DNA from: a virus | Lineage: Duplodnaviria > Caudoviricetes | Direction: 5' to 3' (one strand) | Virus record (IMG/VR): IMGVR_UViG_3300020463_000014 | Location: 12,240-76,239 of that record | Length of the DNA: 64,000 nt | Part shown: one piece after another, positions 1-12,100 of the stretch | How the letters are laid out: each line of letters opens with the position of its first letter | Position numbering within the stretch: the stretch's first letter is position 1 | Program-made: the position numbers and the translations under genes | Notes under the pieces: model-generated | Database searches by the model: none | What the model saw: only the letters and a program-made list of their open reading frames with translations | What the model was told of the DNA's origin: nothing

Positions 1-3000
1 AGTAGAAATTTTCCAATCTATCCAATTATTTGCATCATCTTTATTAAACAAAGAAACTTTTAATTGTAGACCTGGATTATAACCAATATCCCCAGATTCT
101 TTTACATCATACCAAGCAGGAAAATCAGTACTATCTCTATCAATTACCACTGCATTATTAGCATCTAAAGTAACAATACCAGATGCATTTAGATCTACAT
201 TATTTGTATTAACAATGCTAGTAGTAAACCAATTTACAGATGATACATTAGTGGTTTGATATGGTGTAAGAGCAAATGGTGTAACTGTTCCTAAAGAGCT
301 GCTAAAATTAGTTAAAGTTCTTCCGCCATCTAATGTTAAAGGCACAGATGAATCAGTTGGTAGTATTATAGTATTGCCAACTGCAGTAGTTTGATCTTGA
401 GTAGGTGGATTAAAACTATCTCCAGTAAATTGTAAACCTGTTTGAATTCTAAAATCTTTTAGCTTTCCATGATATGATTTAAATTCGTTTGCTGTTGATA
501 CATTTTTTAAACCTCCAAATGTTCTACCTTTTATTTGATTTCCAGCTCCAATATATAATTTAGCATTAAAAATAGAAAGATGAGGAGTTAAAAATGGACC
601 ATATGCGCTATCAAATTGTTTGCCATCTCTCCATATTCTAATTTTATCGGAATCAACAGTTATTGCATTGTGAATCCATCTTGGAGCAAGTATAGCTGCA
701 GAAGTAGAATCTTGAGCATGTATTGTAGCAATTTCTCTTTGATTAGCTGTATATTGATAATTTGAATTTTTTGCTACTACCATTTGCCCTAAAGTATCAA
801 GAGATAATAAAGTTCCGCCCTTAAATTCTCCACCACCTTGAGCTTGAATTCCGCCCATTATTTTAAACGATGAATCGATTGAAGCATATCCAGATAAATC
901 ATTATTCCAACTATTAATATGATATGTAGAATAACTATCGTTTGGTAATCCAAAATGTTGATGTAAATTTGGTGGATGTGTATATGAATATACTACATAC
1001 GAATCAGGTTGATTATGAAAATTGATTCCTGAATTGACTATATTCCAACCACCTGCTCTTTGAGAATCAGCTCCGGCACCAAAATCTGCAATTCTATTAT
1101 CAGCAATATCATCATAGATATGAAAATCTTTTAAATATCCTTTAAATGGAGAAGTTATAATATTAGAGTCTTTAATTGCACTAAAATCATTATTATTCCA
1201 CCAAGGATCTAAAGTAGTATATTTATAAATGTCATGAGAATATTTTCCGCCGGCAGTTCCAAATAAAATATCATCATTTATTCCGCTTCCCTTTGAAAAT
1301 ATAGGATCAATAACGTTAACATTAGATTTAAAATCTGTAAGAGTTCCACCTATTGTACTACTATTTTCATTTTCAGCGCTTACATAATTTGAAAATACAC
1401 ATTTATTAAATGTTGTTGTTGATCCTAAGATTGTGTCATTGCTAGTTGGTTTATTGAAGAAATTATGAGTCCATGTAAATTTTTCTGTGCCAGATAAATC
1501 AAAATGAACTTTATATGCAGTTGGACCAGTTGATAAAAATGATAATGCGGTATGACCAAGTAAAGGATTATTAGAATTATTATCAAATTTCTTAAACGTT
1601 AAAAATGCTAGTTCAGTATTACTAGTTTGATTTGGTCCAAATATTGGAGAAATAATATCGGTTGCTGTTCCAGTATAATTAATGTGAACAAGTTTAATGT
1701 CATTAGTGTTTCCACAAATCATAATATCTTTAATACCAAATGGTGTTTTAAGAGATGCTAAATGTGTTCCCATTGAAGTGGTAACACCCCATGATCCACC
1801 GTTTATTGCAGTTACTGAATAATTACCTGGTTCTAATAATAAACAATCTCCATCAGTCATACCAGCTATAGTAGATGTAATATCTCCAGGAGTTGAATAG
1901 TTTACAATTGATCCACCTGTTCTTAGAATGTAAGATCTAGCTTTATTAATACCATGATCGGAGCCTTTATATTTTGCTAATCTTCCACCCCAACTTACAT
2001 GAGAATTTTTGTATTCATCAGTTTCTCCTAAAACAGTTTTATTAACATTAGTTGTTATTGTAGGAGTATATGCTTCTTTATAATATAACAAATTGTTAGA
2101 TAAAGGCCATTCTCTACTACCCGATCCATATGAATCTCTGTTAAAATAATAATTTCTTACATTTTCGTTAGGCATAATACTAGTATCAATAAAGGGATTT
2201 ATATTATGTGGTTCTGATAAACCTGTGCTAGAATAATAAATACCATCATTTAAAAATAGATCTATACCTAAAGAAGCTCGAGCGTTATTTACTAATTTTA
2301 CTGGATCATACACCCAATCTTTTTTAATTAACGCAACTTTCAGTTCGAGCTGCTGTTTTACAGTTGCATCTTCAAGCCATCCTCTATACGATCCTACGTA
2401 ATCAGTTCCAGCTCCGTATGTCGCACCTAATTTTGTTAATGTCGTTGCAGCAACTGAATTAGTTAAAGGATCATTATCTATGCCTTCAGGGTGAAATGTA
2501 CCACTAAAATCTATATGAGCATGAACATAGTTAATCAGTTTAACATAATCCCACCTGTTATCAAATTGAAATCCAAGTTCAAGGCTAGTATCTGCTCCTA
2601 TATTTGAAGTAAAATTGACACTTGAAACATATACACCATCTTTATATGTATGCATTTGACCAGATTGTTCATCAATAATATAACTAGGTATAGCGTACTG
2701 TAGACTTTTTGTAGAACTTATTGTTGGAAATTTATATGAATTTGGATAACCAATATGATCTATAATTGTAGATCCAGCTCCGGCCATAATATTTTTAACG
2801 TTAAAAGTATCTGCAGAAGTATTTGCGGTCAACTGATGCACCATATTACTTGATGTTAAAAATGGCGTAATTTTTTCTAATCCAAACATGCTTGCAGGTA
2901 AGACATTGTCTAAATTACCAGCTGAACCTCGATGATGTATTTCAAAATATATTATTCTACCATTAAGGTTTAAATTTGAACTAGTTCCACAATTAGACAA

Positions 3001-4704
3001 TACTACATTATCGTTTAAACCACCATCAGCGCTTAAAACAGAATAGCCTTCTACTCTTTTTTCTCCTAATCTTAAAAACAGATTTCCTGCAGCGTCTGTT
3101 CTAAATGGATCTGGACCGGGCGGCCCCCATGCTAATGTTTGAGGTGGGAATGTGCTATATATTCTTCTATCACCTTCGTGTTTTGTTCCCATATTTGGCT
3201 GGTTTTTTAAAATTTTAAATTCTGAAACACCGCCTGGTCCGCCATTTGCCCATCTTAATAAACCACTTGTATTACTTGGCCTATGATTAGAAATTTTTAT
3301 ATCATCTTTTCCATTTGGAAAATATCTTTGATTTGAATTATAGTAACTTGGTAAATTTCCAATCTTTTTAGTCATTAATGTTATTTCAGCAGGCTGTAAT
3401 TTAACTGACATTCTTACTTCGTGCCATCTATTTCCTCTTCGCCTCGGAGTGCCAACATCGGCTTCAAGTTGGCTGTAAGGTATAGGTAAACTGCATGCTA
3501 AATAACCGTTGCCAGCTGAAAGATGTAAGTTACTGCCACTTACCTTTAATTCTAAAGCCTCATCATCAGCTCCAACTTTAAATACCGTTTTATTGTTAAC
3601 TGGTGCGCTGTCAAACCAAATATATCCAGCAAATGTAGCATCGTTATATGTGTCAAAATTAGCTGCAATTATATTTCTTTTTCCAGTAAGATAGCTACTA
3701 TTAATTACATCATTTGTTCTATACAGTCGATCTGAATCTGGATATAAAAAAGCGCCTTTTTTATAATCATATACACTAATCATATCATTGACACTAAGGT
3801 ATCCCATTTTTGGGGCAGTTAAATCAATATCAGTAGTAATATTTTCCCAATTTAAATTTTTTCCTATAGTATATTGACCTAATTCTGTACTATCATAATA
3901 AGACCAATCCAATCCTTTAATACGAATTCCATTAGTATGAACCATTGCTATATTATCTAGACCATCATCTATACTTTGATAAGAAAAATTTGAAGTGGCA
4001 TAGTCATGATTATTATATCCAGGATAAGTTTGTCCAGAAAGTCCATCATTTTTTCTATACCATCCACCCATAGATATATGAGTAGATTTTGAAGAATCTA
4101 AAACATCATTAGAAGTTAAAACATATGCACCAGAATCTGTTCCTAATGAAGAACTTCTTTCATTTACTGTTGAAGTACCAGAAACAAATGATGGAGAACT
4201 AACTGACCCAGAAGGATGTGATACTGAACTATGACTTGTTTCACCAAATAAATATGAACTACCACCGTGACCACTTCTATATGGATTAATTCCTCTAGAA
4301 ATTTGAATAGGGCCACCAGCACTAGTAAGAGAGTATGGTTGGTTTGGAATTAAATTTATTGCTTCAGGAGTACTTGAATCTTTTTCAACAATATCAAAAA
4401 GAACTTCTGCATCGTCTTGAGTTTTTGATAATGTATATTGTGAAAAATCTATACTAAACTTATCATCAATTGGATCATTATAACCAGTAATTGGAAACTT
4501 AAAAGCGCTATCCATAAATAAGTGCGGACCAAGAAAGTTACTTGATGTATGGCCAGCAAAAAATAAACTATTGCTTGAAGAAACATTTAAGTTAAGTTTA
4601 ATTACTGTAGAACCAGTTTCTTTTACAAATGCTTCTAGTCCTAAATCAACTGGATCAGAAGTAGGTGATAAATCACTTGTTAAATTTTTAATATAATCAA
4701 CCAA
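1..4704 (-). CDS. Large virion/fibre protein with LamG (ConA-like lectin) domain(s); partial, runs off the left edge (>1568 aa)
   Basis: Not in the ORF track, presumably because there is no stop inside the window. TTG start at 4704 with AAGGA RBS and TATAAATA upstream. Spot translations in this frame are open at both ends (VDYIKNLTSDLSP...; ...KVSLFNKDDANNWIDWKIST). LamG-like segment WIHNAITVDSDKIRIWRDGKQ...YHGKLKDFRIQTG near 450-700. Confidence 0.85.
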   Translation of the reverse strand, partial: MVDYIKNLTSDLSPTSDPVDLGLEAFVKETGSTVIKLNLNVSSSNSLFFAGHTSSNFLGPHLFMDSAFKFPITGYNDPIDDKFSIDFSQYTLSKTQDDAEVLFDIVEKDSSTPEAINLIPNQPYSLTSAGGPIQISRGINPYRSGHGGSSYLFGETSHSSVSHPSGSVSSPSFVSGTSTVNERSSSLGTDSGAYVLTSNDVLDSSKSTHISMGGWYRKNDGLSGQTYPGYNNHDYATSNFSYQSIDDGLDNIAMVHTNGIRIKGLDWSYYDSTELGQYTIGKNLNWENITTDIDLTAPKMGYLSVNDMISVYDYKKGAFLYPDSDRLYRTNDVINSSYLTGKRNIIAANFDTYNDATFAGYIWFDSAPVNNKTVFKVGADDEALELKVSGSNLHLSAGNGYLACSLPIPYSQLEADVGTPRRRGNRWHEVRMSVKLQPAEITLMTKKIGNLPSYYNSNQRYFPNGKDDIKISNHRPSNTSGLLRWANGGPGGVSEFKILKNQPNMGTKHEGDRRIYSTFPPQTLAWGPPGPDPFRTDAAGNLFLRLGEKRVEGYSVLSADGGLNDNVVLSNCGTSSNLNLNGRIIYFEIHHRGSAGNLDNVLPASMFGLEKITPFLTSSNMVHQLTANTSADTFNVKNIMAGAGSTIIDHIGYPNSYKFPTISSTKSLQYAIPSYIIDEQSGQMHTYKDGVYVSSVNFTSNIGADTSLELGFQFDNRWDYVKLINYVHAHIDFSGTFHPEGIDNDPLTNSVAATTLTKLGATYGAGTDYVGSYRGWLEDATVKQQLELKVALIKKDWVYDPVKLVNNARASLGIDLFLNDGIYYSSTGLSEPHNINPFIDTSIMPNENVRNYYFNRDSYGSGSREWPLSNNLLYYKEAYTPTITTNVNKTVLGETDEYKNSHVSWGGRLAKYKGSDHGINKARSYILRTGGSIVNYSTPGDITSTIAGMTDGDCLLLEPGNYSVTAINGGSWGVTTSMGTHLASLKTPFGIKDIMICGNTNDIKLVHINYTGTATDIISPIFGPNQTSNTELAFLTFKKFDNNSNNPLLGHTALSFLSTGPTAYKVHFDLSGTEKFTWTHNFFNKPTSNDTILGSTTTFNKCVFSNYVSAENENSSTIGGTLTDFKSNVNVIDPIFSKGSGINDDILFGTAGGKYSHDIYKYTTLDPWWNNNDFSAIKDSNIITSPFKGYLKDFHIYDDIADNRIADFGAGADSQRAGGWNIVNSGINFHNQPDSYVVYSYTHPPNLHQHFGLPNDSYSTYHINSWNNDLSGYASIDSSFKIMGGIQAQGGGEFKGGTLLSLDTLGQMVVAKNSNYQYTANQREIATIHAQDSTSAAILAPRWIHNAITVDSDKIRIWRDGKQFDSAYGPFLTPHLSIFNAKLYIGAGNQIKGRTFGGLKNVSTANEFKSYHGKLKDFRIQTGLQFTGDSFNPPTQDQTTAVGNTIILPTDSSVPLTLDGGRTLTNFSSSLGTVTPFALTPYQTTNVSSVNWFTTSIVNTNNVDLNASGIVTLDANNAVVIDRDSTDFPAWYDVKESGDIGYNPGLQLKVSLFNKDDANNWIDWKIST

Positions 4705-4732
4705 TAGGAATTTCCTTAATAGTATTTTCTAC

Positions 4733-4740
4733 TATTTATA
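4733..4740 (-). promoter_or_regulatory. T4-type late promoter TATAAATA
   Basis: Exact TATAAATA on the minus strand, about 30 nt upstream of the TTG at 4704. Confidence 0.8.
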
Positions 4741-4743
4741 TAC

Positions 4744-6117
4744 TTAATTCCAACCAAAAGATCCATTTCCAGTGAATGAATAATATGTATAAGTTCCAAC
4801 TGTTGTTATTGTAGGAGATCCAGTTACATTTTGTGGTTGCGTTTTTGCAGTTAATACTCTAAATCTTACTGTCCCATCAGCACCAGCTGCAGGCGATCCA
4901 CTACTATTAAACATACCTCCACCACCTGAACCCGTATTTGCCGCACCTGATGATGCTGTAGATGCTGGACCACTTGTACCACCAACTCCGGATGCACTTG
5001 TAGTTGTTCCATATTTCTGTGCTCCAGAGCCACCAGCAGCGTACCAGTTCCCATCTACCCATTGTTTACCAATACCACCGGCACCACCAGTATTATGAGA
5101 GCCATTACCTCCAGCCCCTCCAGCACCACCGCCACCGCCAGAACCTGGATCACCACTAGTAAAATTACCACCAGTATTTCTATAACCAGGCGGAGTCTGA
5201 AGGTCGGTTGGAGTTCTAAGATTTGCAGCTGGATTACTACTACCACCAGTAGAACCACCAGCACTTACTGCAGCTTGATAACCATAGCCAGGACCAGCAC
5301 CACCGCCACCAGATTGTATGTCTGTAGATGCATCAGATGCTAGTACACGACTTAATGTTCCTGGGTTTGCTGGACCTTGCGAACCACTCCATCCAGTAAC
5401 GGCAGCGCCTCCAGTCCCAACTGTGACAGCGTATGTAACACCTGCAACTGGAACTAATGTACTTTCTCTATATTCACCAGCACCACCGCCACCGCCGTGG
5501 CGCATAGCTCCAGAGCCGCCACCACCAACAATTAATAAATCAATTGTTGGTATGAATGCTAATGTAAATGCACTTACAGTACTAACTGATCCATTGATTC
5601 CATCATTAACATTAAATGTAATGCTAAAAGTTCCCGCATCTGATTCTGATGAAGATGGAGTTATTGTAAATACATTATCAGCCTGAGCCACTGTTGCTGT
5701 ACTACCAAGAGAACCTGTTGTAACTGCATAAGACCAAGTTAAAGCAAATCCTTCTGGATCAGTTGACACCGCAGTAATTACGGTTGGAGTTGCATCTTGT
5801 GTTAGTGCATACGTAGCATCAACTCCAGTAATTGCAGTTGGAGATGCATTTGTAACAGTAGCAATAATAAACCAACCAACTCCATTATAAACATATATTT
5901 TATTAGTGGCAGTAACTAACACTGTATCACCAGTATTCATTCCTGTTAATGTTGCAAGATCATTAAATGATGCTACCACAGATTGTCCACTTGCACCTGC
6001 ACCCATACCTGCTGAAGATATTTTTCTATTAGAAGCAGGTGTTGAAGCTTCAGCTACTGATGCTAAAGCTCCAGATTTTCCAAATGCTCTTGAGATAAGA
6101 GATGCTCTCGATACCAT
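4744..6117 (-). CDS. Glycine-rich virion protein with an Ig/cadherin-like domain
   Basis: 457 aa. Ig-like STDPEGFALTWSY segment, then a Gly-rich domain (LLIVGGGGSG...GGGGGAG...GSGGGG...GADGTVRFR) typical of phage fibre-associated proteins. Confidence 0.75.
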   Translation of the reverse strand: MVSRASLISRAFGKSGALASVAEASTPASNRKISSAGMGAGASGQSVVASFNDLATLTGMNTGDTVLVTATNKIYVYNGVGWFIIATVTNASPTAITGVDATYALTQDATPTVITAVSTDPEGFALTWSYAVTTGSLGSTATVAQADNVFTITPSSSESDAGTFSITFNVNDGINGSVSTVSAFTLAFIPTIDLLIVGGGGSGAMRHGGGGGAGEYRESTLVPVAGVTYAVTVGTGGAAVTGWSGSQGPANPGTLSRVLASDASTDIQSGGGGAGPGYGYQAAVSAGGSTGGSSNPAANLRTPTDLQTPPGYRNTGGNFTSGDPGSGGGGGAGGAGGNGSHNTGGAGGIGKQWVDGNWYAAGGSGAQKYGTTTSASGVGGTSGPASTASSGAANTGSGGGGMFNSSGSPAAGADGTVRFRVLTAKTQPQNVTGSPTITTVGTYTYYSFTGNGSFGWN

Positions 6118-6129
6118 TACTTTTGTCCT

Positions 6130-9100
6130 TTATTTTTCTGTAAATAACCAACCATTAGCCACATTATAATATACCAATCCAAACGCAGCTCTATTAACAT
6201 CAATTGTTAAATCTGAATCAGTACCTTCAATTTTATGACCATTTCTTCCAATTGTAATAGCGTTTGTAGAAGCTTGTCCTGTTCCATCAATAATTCTAAC
6301 TTCATCTCCAAGCGTTGCTGTTGCTGGAAGATTAACTGTTTTAGCAGTACTTGTATCAACAATTAATCTTTGACCAGCAGTTAATGTTAATGGTGTTGTA
6401 GTAACCTCTATCCAAGTATCAGGAGCAGTGGATGATGGTGTTCTTGCTATAACGTACGCACTATCAACTAAATTAAATAGAGCCTGGGCATCTACTGTAA
6501 CATTTGAAGCTTTATTTTCAATTGCAGTAATTACAATTTCATCAGATGTAGAAGCACCAGACGTTAGCGTAATAGTATTTGTTATTGGATTAGATGCAAA
6601 GTCATCTGAATCCATAAGTTTAATACCATTTTGGAATACATTAAAGTTACTTGAATCAATTCCTAATGTTTTAGAATTAGCATCAGCACCAGTAAACACT
6701 GTTTGACCGTTTGTAGCGATAAACTTAAAGGTGTTCATAAATGTATCGCCAACAACTATATGCGATTGTGTAACAGTTTGTGATAAAGTATTAATTACAA
6801 GATCATCACCTGAGTCAGCAGTAAATCCATTTAATGTTACTGAATTTGCTGCAGCATTAACTGTATAATCTACACCAGATACTAATCGAATACCATTATT
6901 AAATACTTGATAATTAGCAGTATCAATTGCAAGAGCTGCACCGTTAGCATCATTTCCAGAGAATACTGTTTGACCAGAATCTGCTACATAATAATAATTA
7001 GCAAAGTTAACAGCATTTGTAAATGTTCCACCCGATGTTCTAGCTTCAATGTATGCGCTATCAATCATTCCAGTTACAGCAGCTGAATCTGTACCTGCTG
7101 GTAACACACCTGGAGCCCAATAACTATTTGAGTTATCCCAAATTAATATCTGACCTTCAGTTGGCGCAGTTGTATGAACATCAGCTAATGAAGTAATTGA
7201 AGATGTATTATCTAATTTTGTTCCAAGAGCTGTTGCTGTAGTAGCAGCATAATTCGCATCATCGCCAAGAGCGGCAGCTAATTCATTTAAAGTATTTAAT
7301 GTAGCAGGAGCAGCATCTACTAGAGCGGCAACTGCCGAATCAACTGAAGATGAAACTGCAGCTCCAAGAACATTACCCGTTGGTGATGTAGTTAATGTTT
7401 GAATAATTACATCATCTGAATCAGCAGCAGCTAATGTTAAAGTAACAGTATTAGTACTAGCGTTAACATTATAATCTTCAACTCTATTTAAACGAATACC
7501 ATTTATGAATACTTGATGATTACTATCTGTTATTGATAGAGATTGTGAATTAAGATCATTGCCAGTAAATGCCGTTTGGCCAGCTGTTGCTCTAAACTTA
7601 TAGTCTTTAAAATTAGCTTGACCAGCTACAATGTAGTTAGCTTTAGCGCCAGTGCTAATATTAGTTATGACTAAATCATCTCCAACATTTGCTCCAGTAG
7701 TAAGAACAACTGCTGTTTTTCCAGATACTGTATAATCAATATCTTTAAGAAGGTGAATACCATTTAAATATACTTGAATTCCAGTAGCAGTTACTGCAAG
7801 AGTATTACCAGCAACATCTGCGCCACTATATGTTGTTTGGTTAGCAGTTGCAGTAAATCTAAAGTTAGAATATTCAGATGAAACTGCAGCACCACTAGAA
7901 GTTTGTCTTGCTTGAATATAATCGCTATCAATTAAAGCTATTATTGCTGCACTATCTGCAGAACCTCCACCACTTGCGACAGTACCTGGAATCCAGCTAC
8001 TTGTTCCAGCATCATATACTAATGCTTGACCATCTGTTGGAGATGAATAAGTAACATCTGTAAGCCCACCAAGTGTTGTTACACCAGCTGAAGATCTTGC
8101 AAGGATATAATCACTATCAATTAACTGAAGAACTTCAGCAGAATCAAATGATGATAATATTTGTCTTGCTTGAACATATGCTGAATCAACCATTCCACTT
8201 ACAGCTGAACTATCAATACCAGCCGGAACAACTCTTGCTTGGACATATGCTGAATCGATAAGAGTAATTGCTTTATCAGAATCTAATTTTGATCCAATAA
8301 GAGCAGTAATAGTAGTTGCAAAGTTTTCATCATTTCCAAGTGCAGTTGCAAACTCATTTAAAGTATCCATTGCAGCTGGAGCGCCATCAATTAAGTTATT
8401 AATAGCGGTTGTAATATCAGCACCAGAAGCAAGATCTATCCAGGCTCCGGCATGGGCAAAATATGCTTTGCCAGTTGCGTGTACATGAGCAAACATACCG
8501 TGATAAGATGAAGCACTTGGAAGATCACCTAATGTTGCATAAACATTAGAATATAGGATCTTATTTGCGCCCATGTCCAGATCTTTACCAGTAATATTGC
8601 TATCTACTCTAGCATCTGTGTAATAAAGATTTGAACCTTCAGCTAATTGACCAGTATTTGCTCCACTTAGATCAAGCGCAGTTGCAACTCCAAGAGAATC
8701 AGTAGTAAGGAATACTCCTCCACTATCTTTAAGTCTTAATCCACCAAGATGAATAGTTGAACCGCTTATATACAAATCTTTCCATGCAGCAGTTGGGCTA
8801 CCAAGATCATATAACTTATCTCCACCTGGAAGAATAGTATTGAACGTTACATTAGTATTTTCTAATGGAATAGCAGTCCAAGATCCACCTTTAGATATTC
8901 TTGCTTTATTATCACTTGTTGTTACTGCAGTCATACCAGGATATGTTACAGGATTTGGTAATGATCCAGCAGCAGCTCCTACAGACTTAAAGGTAATTTG
9001 ATGCGGGCCAAAATCAACTGGTCGGCTACCTATTCCAGTTATTAGATCAACATGAGCACTATCAACGATGCCTTTAATATAATCTGAATCTGCGATTGAC

Positions 9101-12100
9101 TTAACATAATCACTATCAGCAATTGACTTAATATAGTCAGAATCTGCGATCGACTTAACATAATCACTATCAGCAATTGATTTAATATAGTCACTATCAG
9201 CAATTGATTTAATATAGTCACTATCAGCAATAAACTTAATGTAATCTGAATCCGCAATTGATTTGATATAATCTGAATCAGCTATGCCTTTAATGTAATC
9301 TGAATCTGCGATACCTTTAATATAATCACTATCAGCTACAAATTTTATATAGTCTGAATCTGCGATACCTTTAATATAATCACTATCAGCTACAAACTTG
9401 ATATAGTCTGAATCTGCAATTAATTTGACATAATCACTATCAGCTACAAACTTGATATAGTCACTATCAGCTACAAACTTGATATAGTCTGAATCGATAA
9501 TAAATTTAAAATGATCTGAATCAAGTTTACCAGAAGCAGTTAAATCTTCTTTTTGAACTCTAATATTAACAAAATTAGAATCTAATACTGATGTAAAAAT
9601 ATCTTGACCATCAATATAATACGACATACCTGCAGCAACATTAATACCGTCTTTTAATCCACCACCAACAATATCTGTACCAACATTGATTGCATATAAA
9701 CTACCAGGAGAATTATGATCAATACCAATACCAGATCTGCTACCAGTTGCAGCTGGCAAATATACTGTACCACCAAAAGTTTGTACTAATGGAGATTCAG
9801 TTTCTAATTTAACAAAACTGCCACTTGGTTGCTTTATTTTAATATCGCCATCAACTTGAAGATCTCCATCAACAATATTGACAATACCTTTAATATTCAT
9901 GGTATATGCAGGATCAAAGTTAGTACGTACACCCATTCTAAATAAGTTAGATGGTTCTGATGCTTTTTGCGAGACATTTTTCTGGAAAGCATAATTTGAT
10001 GTTTCACTTGCAATTAAAGACACTGCTTCGGCAGAATCTAAGAATCTATCGTCGTCAATTAAAGCATTAATATAATTTGCATTAATTACACCCTGATATG
10101 TTTCATACTGATTAAATCCATAATTTTGTTGTCTTGCAAAAATATAATCAGAATCAAAGAAATGTGTCGCAGAATCAGGATCAATGAAGAATTGAGCAAC
10201 CTGGTGTGTAAGATAAACTTGATTGCCTTGATTTGAATCAAGAATTCTATCACCTTGCCAATATAGTGATTGTACATTAACACTACCATTAACATCTAAA
10301 TTATATCCAGGTGTAGCTGTGTTAATACCAACTCTTGGAGCAGTTGTATGAAGATAACCAGATCCAGCTGTATTATAAAAATACTGAGATGCTGGCATAC
10401 TTGCACGATAATGTGATGTATCAATATGTGACCGAACATAAGTAGCATTAGCATTTGCTCTAATCCATGCTTGGTTAGCAACATCCTGTTGAATATATTG
10501 ATATAACGGTTTGGTATTAATAGCAATATTACTTGTAAAGTTTGCTAAATCTTGAACATCTAATCCATATGTTGCTCCAGCAGCTACTTTACCAATTGCT
10601 ACTGCGCCACCCATGATAGACAGTGTATTATTAGCAGATACAGTATTAGTATTTGCATCCAAACCAATTCCAATGGAACCTTCGCCTGTAGCTTTAATTT
10701 TTCTACCAATAGCAACAGAACCTACGCCTGTGGCTTCTACTTCGGTACCTAATGTGATACCACCATTTGCAGCTACAGTAGTAATACCAATGCCAATGCC
10801 ACCTAAAGTTGCTTGGTTACCTTCACCAAATCCATATGCCTTTGTTGTAGTGCCATCGACAATATTAGCAAATCCATAAGCAAAAGCTTCATTATCAACT
10901 GTATTCGAATGCCCGAACGCATAACCAAAATCAGTTATTGTATTGTCTCTACCGTATGCATCTCCACCATCAGTAATTATATTATTTGATCCATAAATAT
11001 TACCGCCGCCGGTTTGCTGGTTTATCCCACCAAAGATATATCCACCATTTGCAGATGCAGCAGAACCAGCACCAGAACCAAAGTTTCCGCTGCCGTAGAT
11101 TTTAATATCATAGAAATCTTTATTATCATCACCAAAAATATTAGAAAGTTGTTTAAAGTTTTTATTATTATCACCATATGCTGCTGTATTGTCTATAAGG
11201 CTTTCATTACCATCACCCCAAACCTTTGACTGTTTGTTAATGCTTTTATTATTATCACCATGGACTGTGGCTTCATCAATAGAAGTATTATTTCTACCAG
11301 CTACAAAGTTGCTTCTAGAAACACTATTACTTCTACCGAAAACTGTAGCATTATTGCCATTTGTTGTATTTCCGTAACCAATTCCAACAGAGTTATTACC
11401 TCTTACTACATTAGATCGACCCATGGCCACGGCACTATTACCCATGCCTTCTGAACTAATACCAATTCCAATACCTGAAGCTCCAGATTTTACTGATGTA
11501 CCAAAAGAAACACCACCAGTTCCTGTTGTAGTATTAATACCAACACTAAATCCATTTGTTCCAGCATTAGCAGTATGTCCAATTGCAACTCCATTATTGC
11601 TAGCTGAGCTATTTACTCCAATTACCAAACTATTAGTACCAACAGTACCAGTATTATCTCTACCAATATTTAAAGCGCCCTGGCCACCTTTGAGGTTATA
11701 TCCTATTACAACAGAATTTCTTGCGGTGTTAGTAAGCTTATTACCAATAGCAGTATTTTTGAAACAATCATTATGATTACCAGGATCACCAGTAATTTCT
11801 TTACCAATTACAACACCAATACCAGTTTCTAGATCTTTACCGATAGCAATTCCGCCGTCAAGTGTAATTCCAGTCCCGGTTCGACCTGTATTTGTAATTT
11901 CAAGACCAATAGATACTGATTTTTGCTTATTGCTGTTTGTAATATCTTTACCAAGAGCAACGCTAAATTGACCTGGATTAGTAACAGTATGTCCTACTGA
12001 AACTGATGCAGTAGTATGAAGAGGACCTTTTGATATTCCAACATAAGATACATTACCAGCTTTTGCGTCATAACCAATAGCCGTTGAATAATCAGTAGCT

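Noticed and set aside
9052-9525. 27-nt periodic DNA resembling a CRISPR array or non-coding satellite
   Set aside because: There are no unique spacers. The units are in-frame codons of the giant ORF with synonymous variation, and no cas genes are present.
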